From: Octopus sinensis
Lineage: Eukaryota
DNA length: 64,000 nt
Reading direction: 5' to 3'
Assembly (NCBI RefSeq): GCF_006345805.1
Contig: NC_043011.1
Coordinates: forward strand, 35,042,464 to 35,106,463
A program made the translations under genes and the position numbers. The notes under the pieces are model-generated. The model did not search any database. It saw only the letters and a program-made list of their open reading frames with translations, and had not been told where the DNA came from. How positions within the stretch are numbered: the first letter of the stretch is position 1; each line of letters starts with the position of its first letter. Shown one piece after another: positions 11,664 to 24,940 of this stretch.

Positions 11664-14600
11664 TAATAATAATTATAATAATGATATATAATAATAATAA
11701 TAATAATCATCACCATCATCACCACCACCATCATCATCTACAAGAATAATTTCTACCACTACTACTATTGCACTTAGTTTACTTTTTCCTCATCTCTCAA
11801 CCCTCTCTCTCTCTCTCTCTCTCACGCAAACACTCTCACAATCTCTTTCTGTTGACTCTCTCTCTCTCTCTCAAACATTCTCTTCAGTGTGCATGCATGC
11901 ATGTATGTGTGTGAGGTGTTTGAGTTACATATGCAGCTATGTCTGTGTGTGTATATGTACATATGCTTGTGTGTGTGTGTGTGCGTGCATGTATGTTCAT
12001 GCACGCATGTGTTGGTGTATGTGTTGGTACACATGCACATATATGCACACGTACATGTAAACTTGCTTGCTCATGCATGGTGAACGTAAGCATCTTGATA
12101 ATAGTCTTTATAAGTATTCGTTATTTTAAGTTTAATTTATTAATGTTGTGGGTTTTTTATAAAAAAGAAAAAATCAGTGTATGATATAGTTGTATTTTTA
12201 GAAAGGTCATCAGGTGCGTTGATGCTGGGATGAGGGAAGATTAAAATGAAAGAGAATGAACAAGAAACATCTGACTATTCTCAATTATATAATATCTCCT
12301 AATATATGGAGGAATAATGCTTGTTAGTGAATCAGACTTTAGACTTGATCCTCCTTTTTATTTCATCTTATGAAATTTTCTTTTACTTAAGATGTCTTTT
12401 ATTTTCAAATATATAATACATACATGCACTCATACATATTTGGTATCATAGGTGTGGCTATGAGAAAATTTTCAGATTTTATAATTTTTACATCAGGGGA
12501 AAAAAAAAAGAAAGGGAAAATGTAATAAAAAAAAAAAAAAGGCTTAAGATATTACCCCCTCTCCCCCATTCCGCATATCCACACAGTTTCAGAAGTTTAT
12601 AAAAGAGAAAGAAAAAAAAAAATACTCAAAAGTTGATGGAGGATGAAATTAATGATGGAAATTACAACAATTTAGAGAGAAAAAAAAAAAAAACTTAAAA
12701 AAATTAAATAAACATACAGACAAGAATATATTTTTTTCAGGTATTGCAATAAGATGTGTTGAAAATAAGTGGTGTACATTATTTCATTTCCTGCTAAGAC
12801 AGAATAGGTTTGCTAACACAAAACACACACATATAAGCCATGATGTAAATGTATTTTTAGTTGCCAGTCAGATGATGATTATTATTATTTTTTTTAAAAT
12901 TTTGGTAGCATCCTTACATTGACCTCTTTCACACACTTGCATTCATTCATTCATTCATTCATTCATTCATTCATTCATTCATTCATTTATTCATTCATTC
13001 ATCCATACATACATACACTTGCATAGTCCATCACAAATTGTCATAAGTGTATATATATATACATATATGCATTGGAATACACAAACATGCTTGTGTGTGT
13101 GACTGTCTAGTGCGTATTTGTTTGAGTGAATGTGTGTGCATGTGTACTATATATATATATATATATATGTATAATGTATTTAGGTTATTATATATATATA
13201 TATAATATATATATATAATATATATATATAATATATATATATAATGTACATGCATGTTGTGTGTATGTTCACATTTTACCGGCCGTTTTTTTTTTTTTTT
13301 GGCAACAGTATAGTTTTAAATATAAAGAACATGTAATTTTGTACAAGCATGTAAAGTTCTCTCTTTGCAGGCTTTCACATGCATTGGTTGACGTTAAACT
13401 CTTGAAAAATTTTTAAACAAATATCTGTAGATGCTGGTTTGCTTTAATTGAATTTTTTTTTTTTTTCTTCTCTTTTCAATTCATCCATTCATTCTTCCAT
13501 ATCTCTGTTTGCCTTATTTTCCTGTTCATTAATATTCTTCAACATGCACCACAAATCTTTTTTTCTTGAAAGGAAAAAAAAAAAAAAAAAAAGAAGTTTT
13601 CTCTTAAATCGTAATAATTGAGAGTTAGGGTATATAAAGTAAAAATAAAATGAAATGCGAGAGAAAGGTTTATTGAAGCACTGTCCCCACCTTCTTCCCT
13701 TTTCCATGCAGGTCTCTCTTTTTGTCATTTCTGTTTCTCCTCTCCACCTCGCTCCCATCCCATCCCATTGTAGATACCTGATCAATTCATTTATTCTTTC
13801 TTTTGTCTTCTATCTGCCTCATCCTCAAAGTTTGATTTTTAAAATGGAAAAAGAAAATGTAAAACAAATAAAAAAAAAAATCTTTTATATATCTATATAT
13901 ATATATTATATAATGATATATATATATAATAGCAAAATACTAAAAAAAAAAAAAAAAGGTAGGTAACATATTAGCAAAAATGTCAAGCTGTTTCTGATTT
14001 TCAACTTGTGAAGCACTGGGTGGACAATCAAGAACACGGCGCCATTGGACTCTGGACACGTGCTGCTGTTCAATTGGACAGCAGCACCAGGTATGTGTTA
14101 CCTACTTGATTGTACGTGTGGTAGATGCTAATAAACGGCTCGCCTGTCACTAAAACTGACTCGAGGGAGTTGTTGGCTCGTCTTGAAAGACTGCACCGGT
14201 TTTTTCCCCCCTCCTCTCAAGCCTCTCCAGTGGCATGTTAAAGACAGTACACTAAAAAAAAAAAAAATTAAAAAAAAAACATAAGAAAAAATTAAAACGA
14301 GATGAAAAAAAAATAATGGGAGAGAGAGAGAGGAAAAGAAAAAAAAAATGTTATATATGAAGACAATTGAAGTTGTTGATAATAATGGTAATGATGAGGT
14401 GGTTTTCCTTGAAAAGGCCATCTGCCACTTTTTTGCAATGTTTTGAAGTAAACTTGTGGTGTGATAACCACTTAAATGGCATTTATGTATGTGGTGGTTG
14501 GTCTTGTTATTAAAAACCAGTCTCGTATTCTAGCTGATTGAGTTTTATTGCTATCTGTGTGTGTGAAAGAAAGCAAGGAGAAAAAAAATGTTTCCAAAAA

Positions 14601-15770
14601 AAAAAAAAAAATTCAGTTTTAAAATGATTTAAAAAAAAAAATGAAATTATATAAAATGGAAAAAAAAAAATATATATATATAATTCCAGCTCTATTGGAT
14701 TGCTTTCTGTGTTGCATGTTTTACGAGTGTGTTTTGCTGTCTCTCTTTCTGTTTCCATGTTTCCATTTTTTTTCCTTTCAGGTGTAGTCTTCTAGTTTTT
14801 CATATTTTTCTTCAAATATTTGGGTTACATATTTCTCAGGAAAGACCAAGCATAAAAGTTACTAAACCAAAAAAAAAAGAAACATGCAAGATTGAATCAA
14901 GTTGAACAGATTTAAACTAAAAAAAAAAAAAAAAAAAAAAAAAAAGTGAGGAGAGGGGGAAAGCAGTTGTAGTCTTTGAATGTATTGATTTAATTTTCAG
15001 CTTGCTTGAGATTTTCAGGGGTTATTTTTTGGTATGAAGAGCTGTGACCTTCTCATTGGCAAGGAGGAAGTGGTTTGTAACATTTGATAGTCTTTTTTTT
15101 TTTATATAAATATATATATATATTTTGCAAAGTGAGTTTAGCTGATATCAGAAAAAAGAGATAATTATATATTTTTAAATTTAAGTTTTTTAAAGGAAAA
15201 TTTAAAAAAAAAAAGTCCAGTCGATCATTTGTAAATTGAAGTAGTTCAGGTGTTTTGTAAAATTTGTTAAAGAAAAGTTAGAGTAGAAAAAAAATAATTA
15301 TAACCGTTAATGGAAAAAAAAAAAAAGGTCAATTATAAGTTGATTGTAACTTAGGTGTTGTATTTAGGTTATTATTTAGCGACTTTTTTTGCCCAAACTT
15401 TTTAACTTATTTTTGTACCTGGTTGATTCTCAGATATTATGGAGATTATTTAAATCTTTGAAGGTTTCTTATGATTATGGAGTAGTTCTTGAGTTGCGAA
15501 GGAGAAAAAAAAATGTGTATGTATATATATATATATATCTATCTATCTATCTATCTCTATATATCGTGTAAGATTATTTTAAATGTTTTATTTGAAATAG
15601 GGTTTTTAAGCTGTGTATGTGATGTTACTCGTCACGAGATGAGTGATTCCAAACTGGTAAGTTCTTTAATTGGTTGCTTTCTAGGAAAGCCCAAGTGAGA
15701 GTGCTGATATGCTCCATGTATTGGTGGGTGGGGGAAGGGGAAATAAAAAAAGAAACTAACAAATAAAAAA
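11664..15770 (+). other. Putative long 3' UTR of the SCAF gene
   Basis: About 4 kb of A/T homopolymer-rich sequence nearly free of SINEs after the stop; several AATAAA (e.g. 14130-14135, near 15742 and 15762). The true end is not determinable. Confidence 0.45.
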
Positions 15771-17639
15771 AAAAATTGGTGGGGCTTAAATTTTTATCTG
15801 TTGGGGCTCAAACAGGGTTTAGAGAATCGGGTGTAAAGTTAACTTTTTTTTAGATTTGCGTGCTTGTCATTTTCAGGTAAGCAGATCTCAAAACCTGAGC
15901 ACTAAGTGTTACATTATTGAGCTACAGCACTGCTAACTGGAAATAAAACAAATCCTATTGCTGATAGTTGTTTATCTTGAATTTTTTGGCTTCATATTAA
16001 CCACAGAAGTATATGTATACCATATATTGTATACCCTATATAATATATTATATATATATGATTAGTCAAAAGCAGCCTGGAGCTTTTGTTAGTTGTGGCA
16101 TGGCTGTCTTTACTAGTTTGTAGTTAGTTTTGTTTCACATTTTATTAGCTACATGCATTCCATGTGTTTTAGGAATATTTCATTTCTGCAATCCACTTTG
16201 CACCCTCCTTTTCCTTTTTATTTAAAAAAAAATATTATTATCCACAATCTTTGTGGTGATGGATTGGAAAAATGAGAGCATTTATATTTAGTGATGTATT
16301 TTTACTTTCTTAGCTCAAATCCTGCTGCAGTGAGCTTTGCTTTTCATTTTATTTATTTATTTTTTTGGTGTGGAGTGGTTTAATGAAAGGAAATAGCAGT
16401 CAAGTATTCAGATCAATTTGATTAATCCCACCTCCCGAACTCCACTCCCCATTTTCTGTTCCATTTAGTTCCCTGTGAGTGATGTGGAAACATCATCATT
16501 GTCAGGCTGTTTGGATTAGCAGAATCATGAAAGCATGCAACAAAATCCTTTATAGAATATCTTTGGGATTCTTTTACTTTTTCAGTTCAAATCCCTTCTG
16601 TAGTCAAATTTGCCTTTCAGTCCTTAGTGATGAAGAAACTTACTGGTCAAAGTACTGGGTTGGTTTTAATCATTGACCCCTCCCAGATTTCTGGCCGTGT
16701 GCCTTTGCTATTGGTTGAGGGGTTGGTAAGAGTGCTCTCAGTGTACAAGACTGGGCAATGCTAGATGTGTAGGATTTTTGTGATTGGCCCTAACTGATGG
16801 TTCTTTTTGCGGAGTTTTCTTAAGCATTTGTATAAACGAAATTTTTTTTTTTTGTAACTGGTTGCAATGAACTGTCGTTTGGCAATTTAGTGGCAATATC
16901 ATCAAGTGGGTAGGTGAGTGGGGTTTAACAAACTGGCAGCCTAGATGGCACGTCGGACAAAATCCTTAGCGTTTCCTGCTTGTTTGATTCTGAATGCAAA
17001 ATCTATTGCGATGAATTTCACTTCCCCATCCTTTTCGAGATTGGTAAAATGAATACCAACTTAAACACCCGGAGCAATATAATTAACTTACCCTGCCCCT
17101 TGGAATTACTGGCATTGGGTCTACAGTAGAATGCATCATTTTCATTTGTTGTTAGTAGTAATGATTGTTGTAAGATTCTAAATGTTTCTTTTACGGTTTT
17201 TGTTGTGTTAGTATCTTTAAAAGTTTTGGTACCTTCTAGAGGTTTCACAGTTTCTTTTCCTCTGTCCCTCTTTTTTTTTTTTTTTTTTTAAATTCAGTTG
17301 TTTGATTATTTATCTTTAAATTAACTTACCCAGCAGAGAATATTGAAAGGACAAAAAAAAAATCCACTGACAAGACAAGAAAATGTTATGATTCTTCTGA
17401 GGATGAGAGCATTCGGGAGAAAAGTGGTTTGTCACAGGTTTGTTATTGAGTAAGGAAGTTGGTGTATAGCATCAAGCATGCATAGATAAGTCTATGGATG
17501 TTACAAGAATGAGAAGAAAAAATTCCATGAAGAACAGTGAAGAGGCCATTGAAAAAACGTTTAAATGGTTGTGGCTGTAAAGAGATGATTATTGGGGGAT
17601 CAGAAGGTGTGTTGTCCTAGTATTGTTCCTATGCATCTA

Positions 17640-17945
17640 TTCTTTTATTGACTACGGCTATGCTGGATCACCACCCTTAGTCGAACAAATCGACCCCGGG
17701 ACTTATTCTTTGCAAGCCTTACACTTATTCTACTGGTCTCTTTTGCTGAGGATGTAAACACACCAACATTGGTTGTCAAACGATTGGGGGGGGTACAAAC
17801 ATGATGGGCTTCTTCCAGTTTCCATCTACCCAATCACTCACAAGGCTTTGGTTGTGCCAAGGCTATAGTAGAAGATACTTGCTCAAAGTGCCAAATGATG
17901 GGACTGAACTTGGAACCATGTGGTTGGGAAGCAAGCTTTTCATTA
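17640..17945 (-). mobile_element. SINE family A
   Basis: Reverse complement of the family A head and tail. Confidence 0.8.
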
Positions 17946-18139
17946 TATTGGCCATAAAAGGGAAATTACAAATGAAAATGATGATAAATGAGGGCAACAA
18001 GCAATGCCCGCTGATCGCTGCTTACCCGAGAACATTGATCTTTTATATTACATTCACGAGGCAACAAACCTCTTACATTGTTCACAATTCAAAAAACAAA
18101 ATGAGGTACTAAGCCTCTTACTTTTATTTTCAGTTACAA

Positions 18140-19560
18140 ACTTTCATGCCCGACCAGGTTCCTTGCCTCATTCAAGCACTTGGATGGTGCCAAGTCGGGC
18201 CACTTTAACATAAATCTAAGAGTATCCTTGGGGAAGGAGTTCACCCTGCACAAATTGGTCTCCCATATGACCTCTGCAGTCACCTGCGAAGGCCAGTCAG
18301 GGACCTCAGTGCAGGATAGAATCCCTTCCCTCTGGCCTTTCTTTTTAAACTTCTTATCGAAGCTTTCCAATGACCCTCCCTTATGAAAGAGGATCACAAA
18401 CTCCTCATTCATAGCATGGGAAAGGCCTACAGTTTCTACCATTGTTGGCACAACTCCCACCGAAAGTGCTTTGGAGCATACCAGTAGCGTGTCACAAACT
18501 GCTGGCAATGTCCCGTTTTTCTGTCCTTTTTTTTTTTTTTTTACCTTGAGCCACGGGAGGGTGGAGTTCTTCCGTTTTGTCCGGAAGATCTTCCCTCCCT
18601 CTTGTAGTGTTTGGTGGGCAACCATTGTTGCCCACCTTTCTCTTTTTTAACTTTTTTTGAGGAGGTGGAGTCCTCCATGACTGCCTCTTTCTCTCCCTCT
18701 GATGAGGGAGCAGGGAGTGGTATTTTTATTAACTGCTCCAGTACCATAACCTTGGTCCTGGAGACAGTTCTTTTTAATGTGGTTTGGTTCTAGGCACAGG
18801 TGACACTTTGGTGGAGACGTCCCTCAAGCATCACTGGATACCTAGAACCAACCATTCTCAAAGAATCTCGAAATACCAGATTTTTGGATGATTGGGTCTA
18901 TAGGATCAAAACCGCTTTTGACCCCTCCCAATCACCCACAGGCAAGATTTTCACATTGAGCAGCTTGGCTCTGCTGCTACCCAAACCCGAGCGGATAGTA
19001 TCCTCTATCCACTCGGGTTCTATTCTGGGTGGCAAACCACAGACCCAAGCCCTCGTCAACTTTCACAATAAGTGGGAAGGAACAAAACTTCTCTGCCCTC
19101 CAAGAGCTGGCTCGCAAATTTGCAAGCCTCCTCGGGGGGTGTCAAATAGCAATCACACCGTTGCGTACTTGACCCTCTTAGAGATGTATTTAATAGTTGG
19201 CAGATACTCTGCCAACTCTTTTTCAATCATAGTTTTTTTCAAATATGGTGATGGTGTTGAGCGACTTGGAGTATGTCCTCAACATCACCATCTTGGAAGT
19301 CCATTAACTGTTGTTTGGGTGGTACTATTTCCCACACCACATTATTGTCCATGTTCTTTGCCATATTTTTTTCTTTTAAATTAAAAGTCCAAAAAGCAGT
19401 TGACAATAAAATTCCAAGAATAAAGGAAGAAAAAGAAATCAAAAATAAAATCTCAACAAAAAGGAAGGAAGAAAAAAATAAATAAACAGCTCAATGAAGA
19501 AAGTTATAAATAATAGAAGAAAAGAGAACAACAGTTAAAAATGAAACGGCAAAAATCTTC
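18140..19560 (-). mobile_element. L1/Tx1-like LINE 5' fragment: degraded ORF1 with CCHC zinc knuckle
   Basis: Minus-strand translation across stops and frameshifts: ...AWVCGLPPRIEPEW...RYPVMLEGR(P)PKCHLCLEPNHIKKNC (C-x2-C-x4-H-x4-C). Possible decayed endonuclease start near 18150-18500 is weak. Confidence 0.7.
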
Positions 19561-20551
19561 TGGGCACTTGATACTCCAGACCTTCAATTTGAAACTGTAA
19601 CGCCACTACTTGGAATACAACTTTTCACAGTTGTTGCATCTATTCTAAAACACTATTCACCAAAAGTGAACACATTTTGCAAGTGAATTATGCCCCAACT
19701 ATTCTCAAAATTAAGTGAGAAAAACACTATTCACTCAAAATGAGCAAATTTTGGAAGCAGGGATATGCCCCCAAACAATAATTCTCACAAGTGAGAAAAA
19801 CTATACACTCTACTGTAGGCAGACTAGAGTTTAGAATCCAGTGAGGACCTCTTGCTTGCACACAAATAATTACTGCATTTCGTTGTCTGCAAGCCAGCAT
19901 GACAACTTCAATCAGTAGTGTGAACAGACAACATGCATGTGCAGGGAAGTGAGCTACTTACCACATGGACACTCCTGTTCAAGATGATTCCTTGATTACT
20001 GTTGGTAGCGTTCTTTTGCAGCTGTAGTGTGTCTTCTAATGCAGGAGTCAGATGCTGACTCCTGCATTGTTAGCTGGATGGCATTCTGTGACAGGCAGAA
20101 TGAATCGTTTAAGTGCTGACAATTTGGCAAGACTTACTGGACATGTGGCCTTTTCTTAGTGCTGAAGGCTGGCCTACATGCACATGCAAATATATACACA
20201 TATGGATAAAAAGAGGCAGGATGTTACAACCTATTTATTGAACCTCGTTTACTATTCTCATGGACATAGAAATATGTTCACAGATAAAGGGAGAGGAGTA
20301 TGAGATGCTAAGGCATCTGATGTTAACTGAGTTGGCGATCCTAATAAAGCAGTGCCAAAAATGTCTTGTGTTCTATTGCAAGTAATAAGCTTTATTCCTT
20401 TTGTGTTGAGGTGATATAAAAAAGTAACTCTTATTTATTCACATTTAAAAAGAAATTAATCTGGTATTGTAGCTTCAAGATTTCAAAGATGTAATTGTTT
20501 ATTTTTAGAATGACATTGCAGGGTAGGTGTGAGATGCTGGTAAAAGGTTAA

Positions 20552-20772
20552 CCCTTTAGCATTTAAACCGGCCATATCCGGCCAAAAGTATTCTGCCTGT
20601 TTTATGTTCAAGCTGGCCAGATCTGGTCTCTCACACCAACCCTACAATATCGTTTTAAAAATTAACAGCTACCACATTAAAATCTCAAAGCTACAAGATA
20701 ATGCATGATTAGTTCAAAACAATGTGGATAAAGAAGTATTAATTTTGGCAGAATAATGTGAGCACTAAAGGG
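20552..20772. mobile_element. piggyBac-type MITE
   Basis: TTAA|CCCTTTAG ... CTAAAGGG|TTAA. Confidence 0.75.
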
Positions 20773-21389
20773 TTAAAGAAGTGACAGGTGATGATGTTGA
20801 GATTATGTAGACAGTGGTTCTTATCCAGGGTCCACATAAGCTTTACAAAATAATCTTTTTTTTTTTAATAAACCCTGATACTAATTATATAAACAATGGT
20901 TTTTTTTAGAACTTTGAATGGTTGTGGGGATCCAGTGGAATAAAATAAGAATCAAAAGGGTCCATAGACAAAAAATGGTAGGGATGCTTGAAGAATCTTG
21001 TCTATTTAGCTTGTCTATTTACTCTTTGAATTTATATGTACAACAAGAGTACTGCTGATTAACACCTGATTACATTATCACTGATGGTTGCATTTGGTAA
21101 ATAAATATGTAAATGCTGTCTACATGAAGTAAAAAAAAAAAGATCATTTGACCTCTATGAAGATTAAAATAAATTCTAAAACGAAGAGAGTTTGAACCTT
21201 CAGGTTTTAGTGTTGGCTCAGTGTGACCTGCTGTTAGGAAGCTTGTTTTGCAACAATGTGTTTCTGAGTTCCACTGTGTGATACCATGGCCAAGTCCCTT
21301 CTACTATTGTCCCGAGTCAACGAACGTGTTAGTGAATTTGATGGATGGAAATTGTGTGAAATATATAATTTACATTGGATGGATATGTG

Positions 21390-21580
21390 TCCTCATCTTT
21401 AATGTTTCAGCTGATTTACTCTCCAGCCTTCATCAGGTGTCCTGGTGGAAATTTTGAACCTAACCCTAGGTTCTTGTTCCTAAGGTATTTTTTGCTGATG
21501 CTAGTATTATTTATTTAAGGCACTGCCTGGAGTTGAACTCGCAGTCTTGTGGTTAGTAGCCTGCGCTCTTAACCATTATC
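21390..21580 (-). mobile_element. tRNA-headed SINE-like element with a degenerate hammerhead in its tail
   Basis: Minus strand: taatggttaagagcgcaggctactaac...gagttcaactcc head, then CTGATGA-A-GGCTG-gagagtaaat-CAGCT-GAAAC at 21436-21404. Confidence 0.6.
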
Positions 21581-21659
21581 TGATAATCCTGTGGGCAACA
21601 TAGTGAATTTTAGGGCTTATAAACCTAATATTTTTGTATCCTTCCTTAATACCTATCTT

Positions 21660-22052
21660 TTATTTTTACTCTTTGACTTGTTTCAGTCGTTTGACTGCGG
21701 CCATGCTGGAGCACCGCCTTTAGTCGAGCAAGTCGACTCCAGGACTTATTCTTTGTAAGCCTAGTACTTATTCTATAAGTCTCTTTTGCCGAACCGCTAA
21801 GTTACGGGGACGTAAGAACACCAGCATCGGTTGTCAAGCGATGTGTGGGGGGCAAACACAGACACAAATACACACACACACACACACACATATATATACG
21901 ACGGGCTTTCAGTTTTCGTCTACCAGATCCACTCAGGGCTTTGGTCAGCCCGAGGCTATAGTAGAAGACACTTGCCCAAGGTGCCACGCAGCGGGACTGA
22001 ACCTGGAACCATGTGGTTGGTAAGCAAGTTACTTAACACACAGCCACTCCTG
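21660..22052 (-). mobile_element. SINE family A, full length
   Basis: Family A consensus on the minus strand with an internal (CA)n tract. Confidence 0.88.
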
Positions 22053-22802
22053 TGTCTATATATTTTTCGTTTGTTTTCTCTGTACCACTTGACAATTGGT
22101 GTTGGTTTGTTTACATCACAATAACTTACTGGTTGAGCAAAAGAGCGTGCCTAAACCCTTCAAGGTGTCTCAGCATGGCTGTAGTCCAACGAATAAAACC
22201 AGTAGAATGTATGAGAATTAGGCAGCACTTTTAATTATTCAATAAATCTTCTATTCAAGGTGGCGAACTGGCAGAAATATTAGCACGCTGGGCAAAATGT
22301 CTTTATGTTCTGGCGCTCAAATTCTGCTGAAGTCAACTTTGCCTTTCATCATCATCGTTTAACGTCCGCTTTCCATGCTAGTATGGGTTGGACGATTTGA
22401 CTGAGGACTGGCGAACCAGATGGCTGCATCAGGCTCCAGTATGATCGATAAATTAAGTACCAGTTGCATACTGGTGTCTATCTAATCGACTGGCTGCCAT
22501 CGCCCCCAAAATTTCGTTCCTTGCACCTAGAGTAGAAAAGAAATCTTTAATTCAAAGAGTCTAAACATAGAAACTGATAAAAGTGAAGAAATTGCAGTGT
22601 AGTTTCAATGGAGTGAAGTATATACAGGAATATTGTTTACTTGAACCATGGAAACAAAATCTAGTTTACTGTAGCAGTTATAAATTCAGGAAGCTATAAC
22701 TTCTGCAGACTCTTTATAATCTGCCTACATTTATTTCTGCTATAGTAAACAATGTTTAAGTATATATATATTTTTATATATACCTCGTTATATATCTATA
22801 TA

Positions 22803-23105
22803 TGTGGAGGCACAATGGCCCAGCGGTAAGGGCAACAGACTCGTGGTCGTAGGATTGCAGTTTCAATTCCTAGACCGGGTGTGAGTGTTTATTGAGCGAA
22901 AACACCTAAAGCTCCATGAGGCTCTGGCAGTGGGTGGTGGCGATCCCTACTGTACTCTTTCACCACAAATTTCTCTCACTCTTTCTTCTGTTGGCCTGCT
23001 CGCTTAGCCAGTGGGGTGGCGTCATTTGAAGGCTAAAACAATGCGAAGCGCATTGTGTCCAGCGATGTGTAGCAACATCAGATAGCCTGGTCGATCACGG
23101 TGATA
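22803..23105 (+). mobile_element. tRNA(Arg)-like headed SINE with an alternative tail
   Basis: Same head as 8040-8422; tail contains the acaatgcgaagcgcattgt hairpin; flanked by TA-rich runs. Confidence 0.8.
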
Positions 23106-23472
23106 TATCTATATCTATAAAAATACAGAGTAGAGGAAATTGAAAACGCAAATCATAGGTGGTGAAACGTATAAATGAAGATATTCAATCAATGTAATTG
23201 AATCGTATGTTTTTATATTCTGTATTCTGCATTATATACTCTTGGAGAATCTTTACACCTGTACATGCATAATTTATGTTAATGTGTATAAATATATGAT
23301 TCAAACTCATTGATTGAATATCTTCTATGCGTTCGGGAATCTGTTTGACTGCCTATGATTTTTATTTTCAATTTCCTCTGTTATGTATTTTTGCGCATTG
23401 GCTCTATGAGCACTCTGTAAAGAGCCCATACTTTCTATAACACACTTCATATTACATATATATATATATATA

Positions 23473-23857
23473 CTAGCAGTATCGCCCGTCGTTGCTCGGG
23501 TTTGTAAGGGAAATAACTATAAAGCATTTTTAGAGAGTTATAGCCAAAAAATGCATTAAAAATGGAAAAAAAATGATGGTAAATTTTTTTTTTAAATCGT
23601 TGACTCATCGTAGACACTTTTAGAGAGTTACTTCCCTTATATAATAGCGAAAAATGCATTAAAATGGAAAAAAAATTATGCTAAATTATTTTTTAAATCG
23701 TAGACTCATCGTAGACGCGCGCTAATACCCAGAAGGGCTCGATATGAATCACGACTATAAGATACCCGGTTTTGGTTAAACTGCACCGCAAAATGTGGGA
23801 GTAGTTAGGAATCTAAATCGTAGGAGACAGACACAACCTTACTTTTATATATAAAGA
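23473..23857 (-). mobile_element. Non-autonomous Helitron (385 bp)
   Basis: Minus strand: A|TC 5' end at 23857, 3' hairpin cccgagcaacgacggg followed by CTAG|T at 23476-23473; inserted between A and T. Confidence 0.8.
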
Positions 23858-24535
23858 TATATATAATGGGTATGCGTTTATTGCTTTTTCTTTTATTTCT
23901 CTTGTAATATGTACTTTTTAAAAACTGGAGTATCTTAACTTTTTTAATCTTCCTAAAGTAAACAATATTTCGTTTCGGTTTTTCAAGGCAACTATATTTT
24001 TATACATTCCCCATTCGTTCAAAACTATGCTGGAGTTCTCTACATTAAAGAGAGAGAGAGAGAGAGAGAAAGAAAAATAAATTATAGGATGAAATTAAAT
24101 GTATTTTTCAACAAATGACAAAAGATCTTTAAAGGTTGTACACCTGAGGTTCCGTTTCACTGATTTTGCAAGTGCGGCCGGTCGTACGCCAGGTGTTTCT
24201 TTACAAAAGTTATGCAGTCTCTAGATCTAAATGGTTTCCTTATTCGATAGAGCAGTCGATAAGTTTGAAACTAAATCCAGTAAATATCTTTATTTCATTA
24301 AAAGATTAAAGCATGAAATTAAAAAAAAAAAAAAAACATTCGTTGTCAGTACGGTTGAAGAGTTAGTTCCCTTGTATTCGAATCTGTAATTTAATCCATA
24401 TTGGCGCCGAAGGAATGATAACGTCCACAACTGCTATATTTGTAGTGTTATACAAGGCAACAATCACCACGATACTCAGTAACTCCCATGTGTGTCTGTA
24501 GAGGCGTGTTTTGTGGTTATGGTGTGGGGCAATGT

Positions 24536-24940
24536 TTCGTCTCTAGTAGACCTTTCCGTCGATTTCCGTAAAAAAAATTCTTTTCTTTTTACATATGGGC
24601 TTGCGGGAACTTTTGAAGTAATGAGAGCGAAAGAGACTAAGAGTAAGCTATTGTATGACGTGGGAAGTTCTTTTGAAGTTACCGTGCATGTGAAGCATTG
24701 ATGTACATGTGTGTGTGTGTTTGATGGGGTGTGGGAGACAGACAGTATGTTGTGTAAGTGAAGTGCTTCTGTTAGTGTGTGTGAAGAGACAGAGTAATGT
24801 GTGAAAGAAAGAGATAACTGAAATTTTTTACTCGGTGTATGTGTATATGTATGTATATTACTTCAAAAGTTCCCGCAAGCCCATATGTAAAAAAAATATT
24901 TTTTTTACGGTAATCGACGGAAAGGTCTACTAGAGACGAA
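24536..24940. mobile_element. MITE with about 85-bp terminal inverted repeats
   Basis: ttcgtctctagtagacctttccgtcgat...gggaacttttgaagtaat is mirrored by attacttcaaaagttccc...ggtctactagagacgaa. Confidence 0.75.

Noticed and set aside
16480-17270. Moderately complex segment with coding-like stretches on the minus strand
   Set aside because: Multiple stops, no recognisable domain and no convincing splice sites; cannot be assigned.
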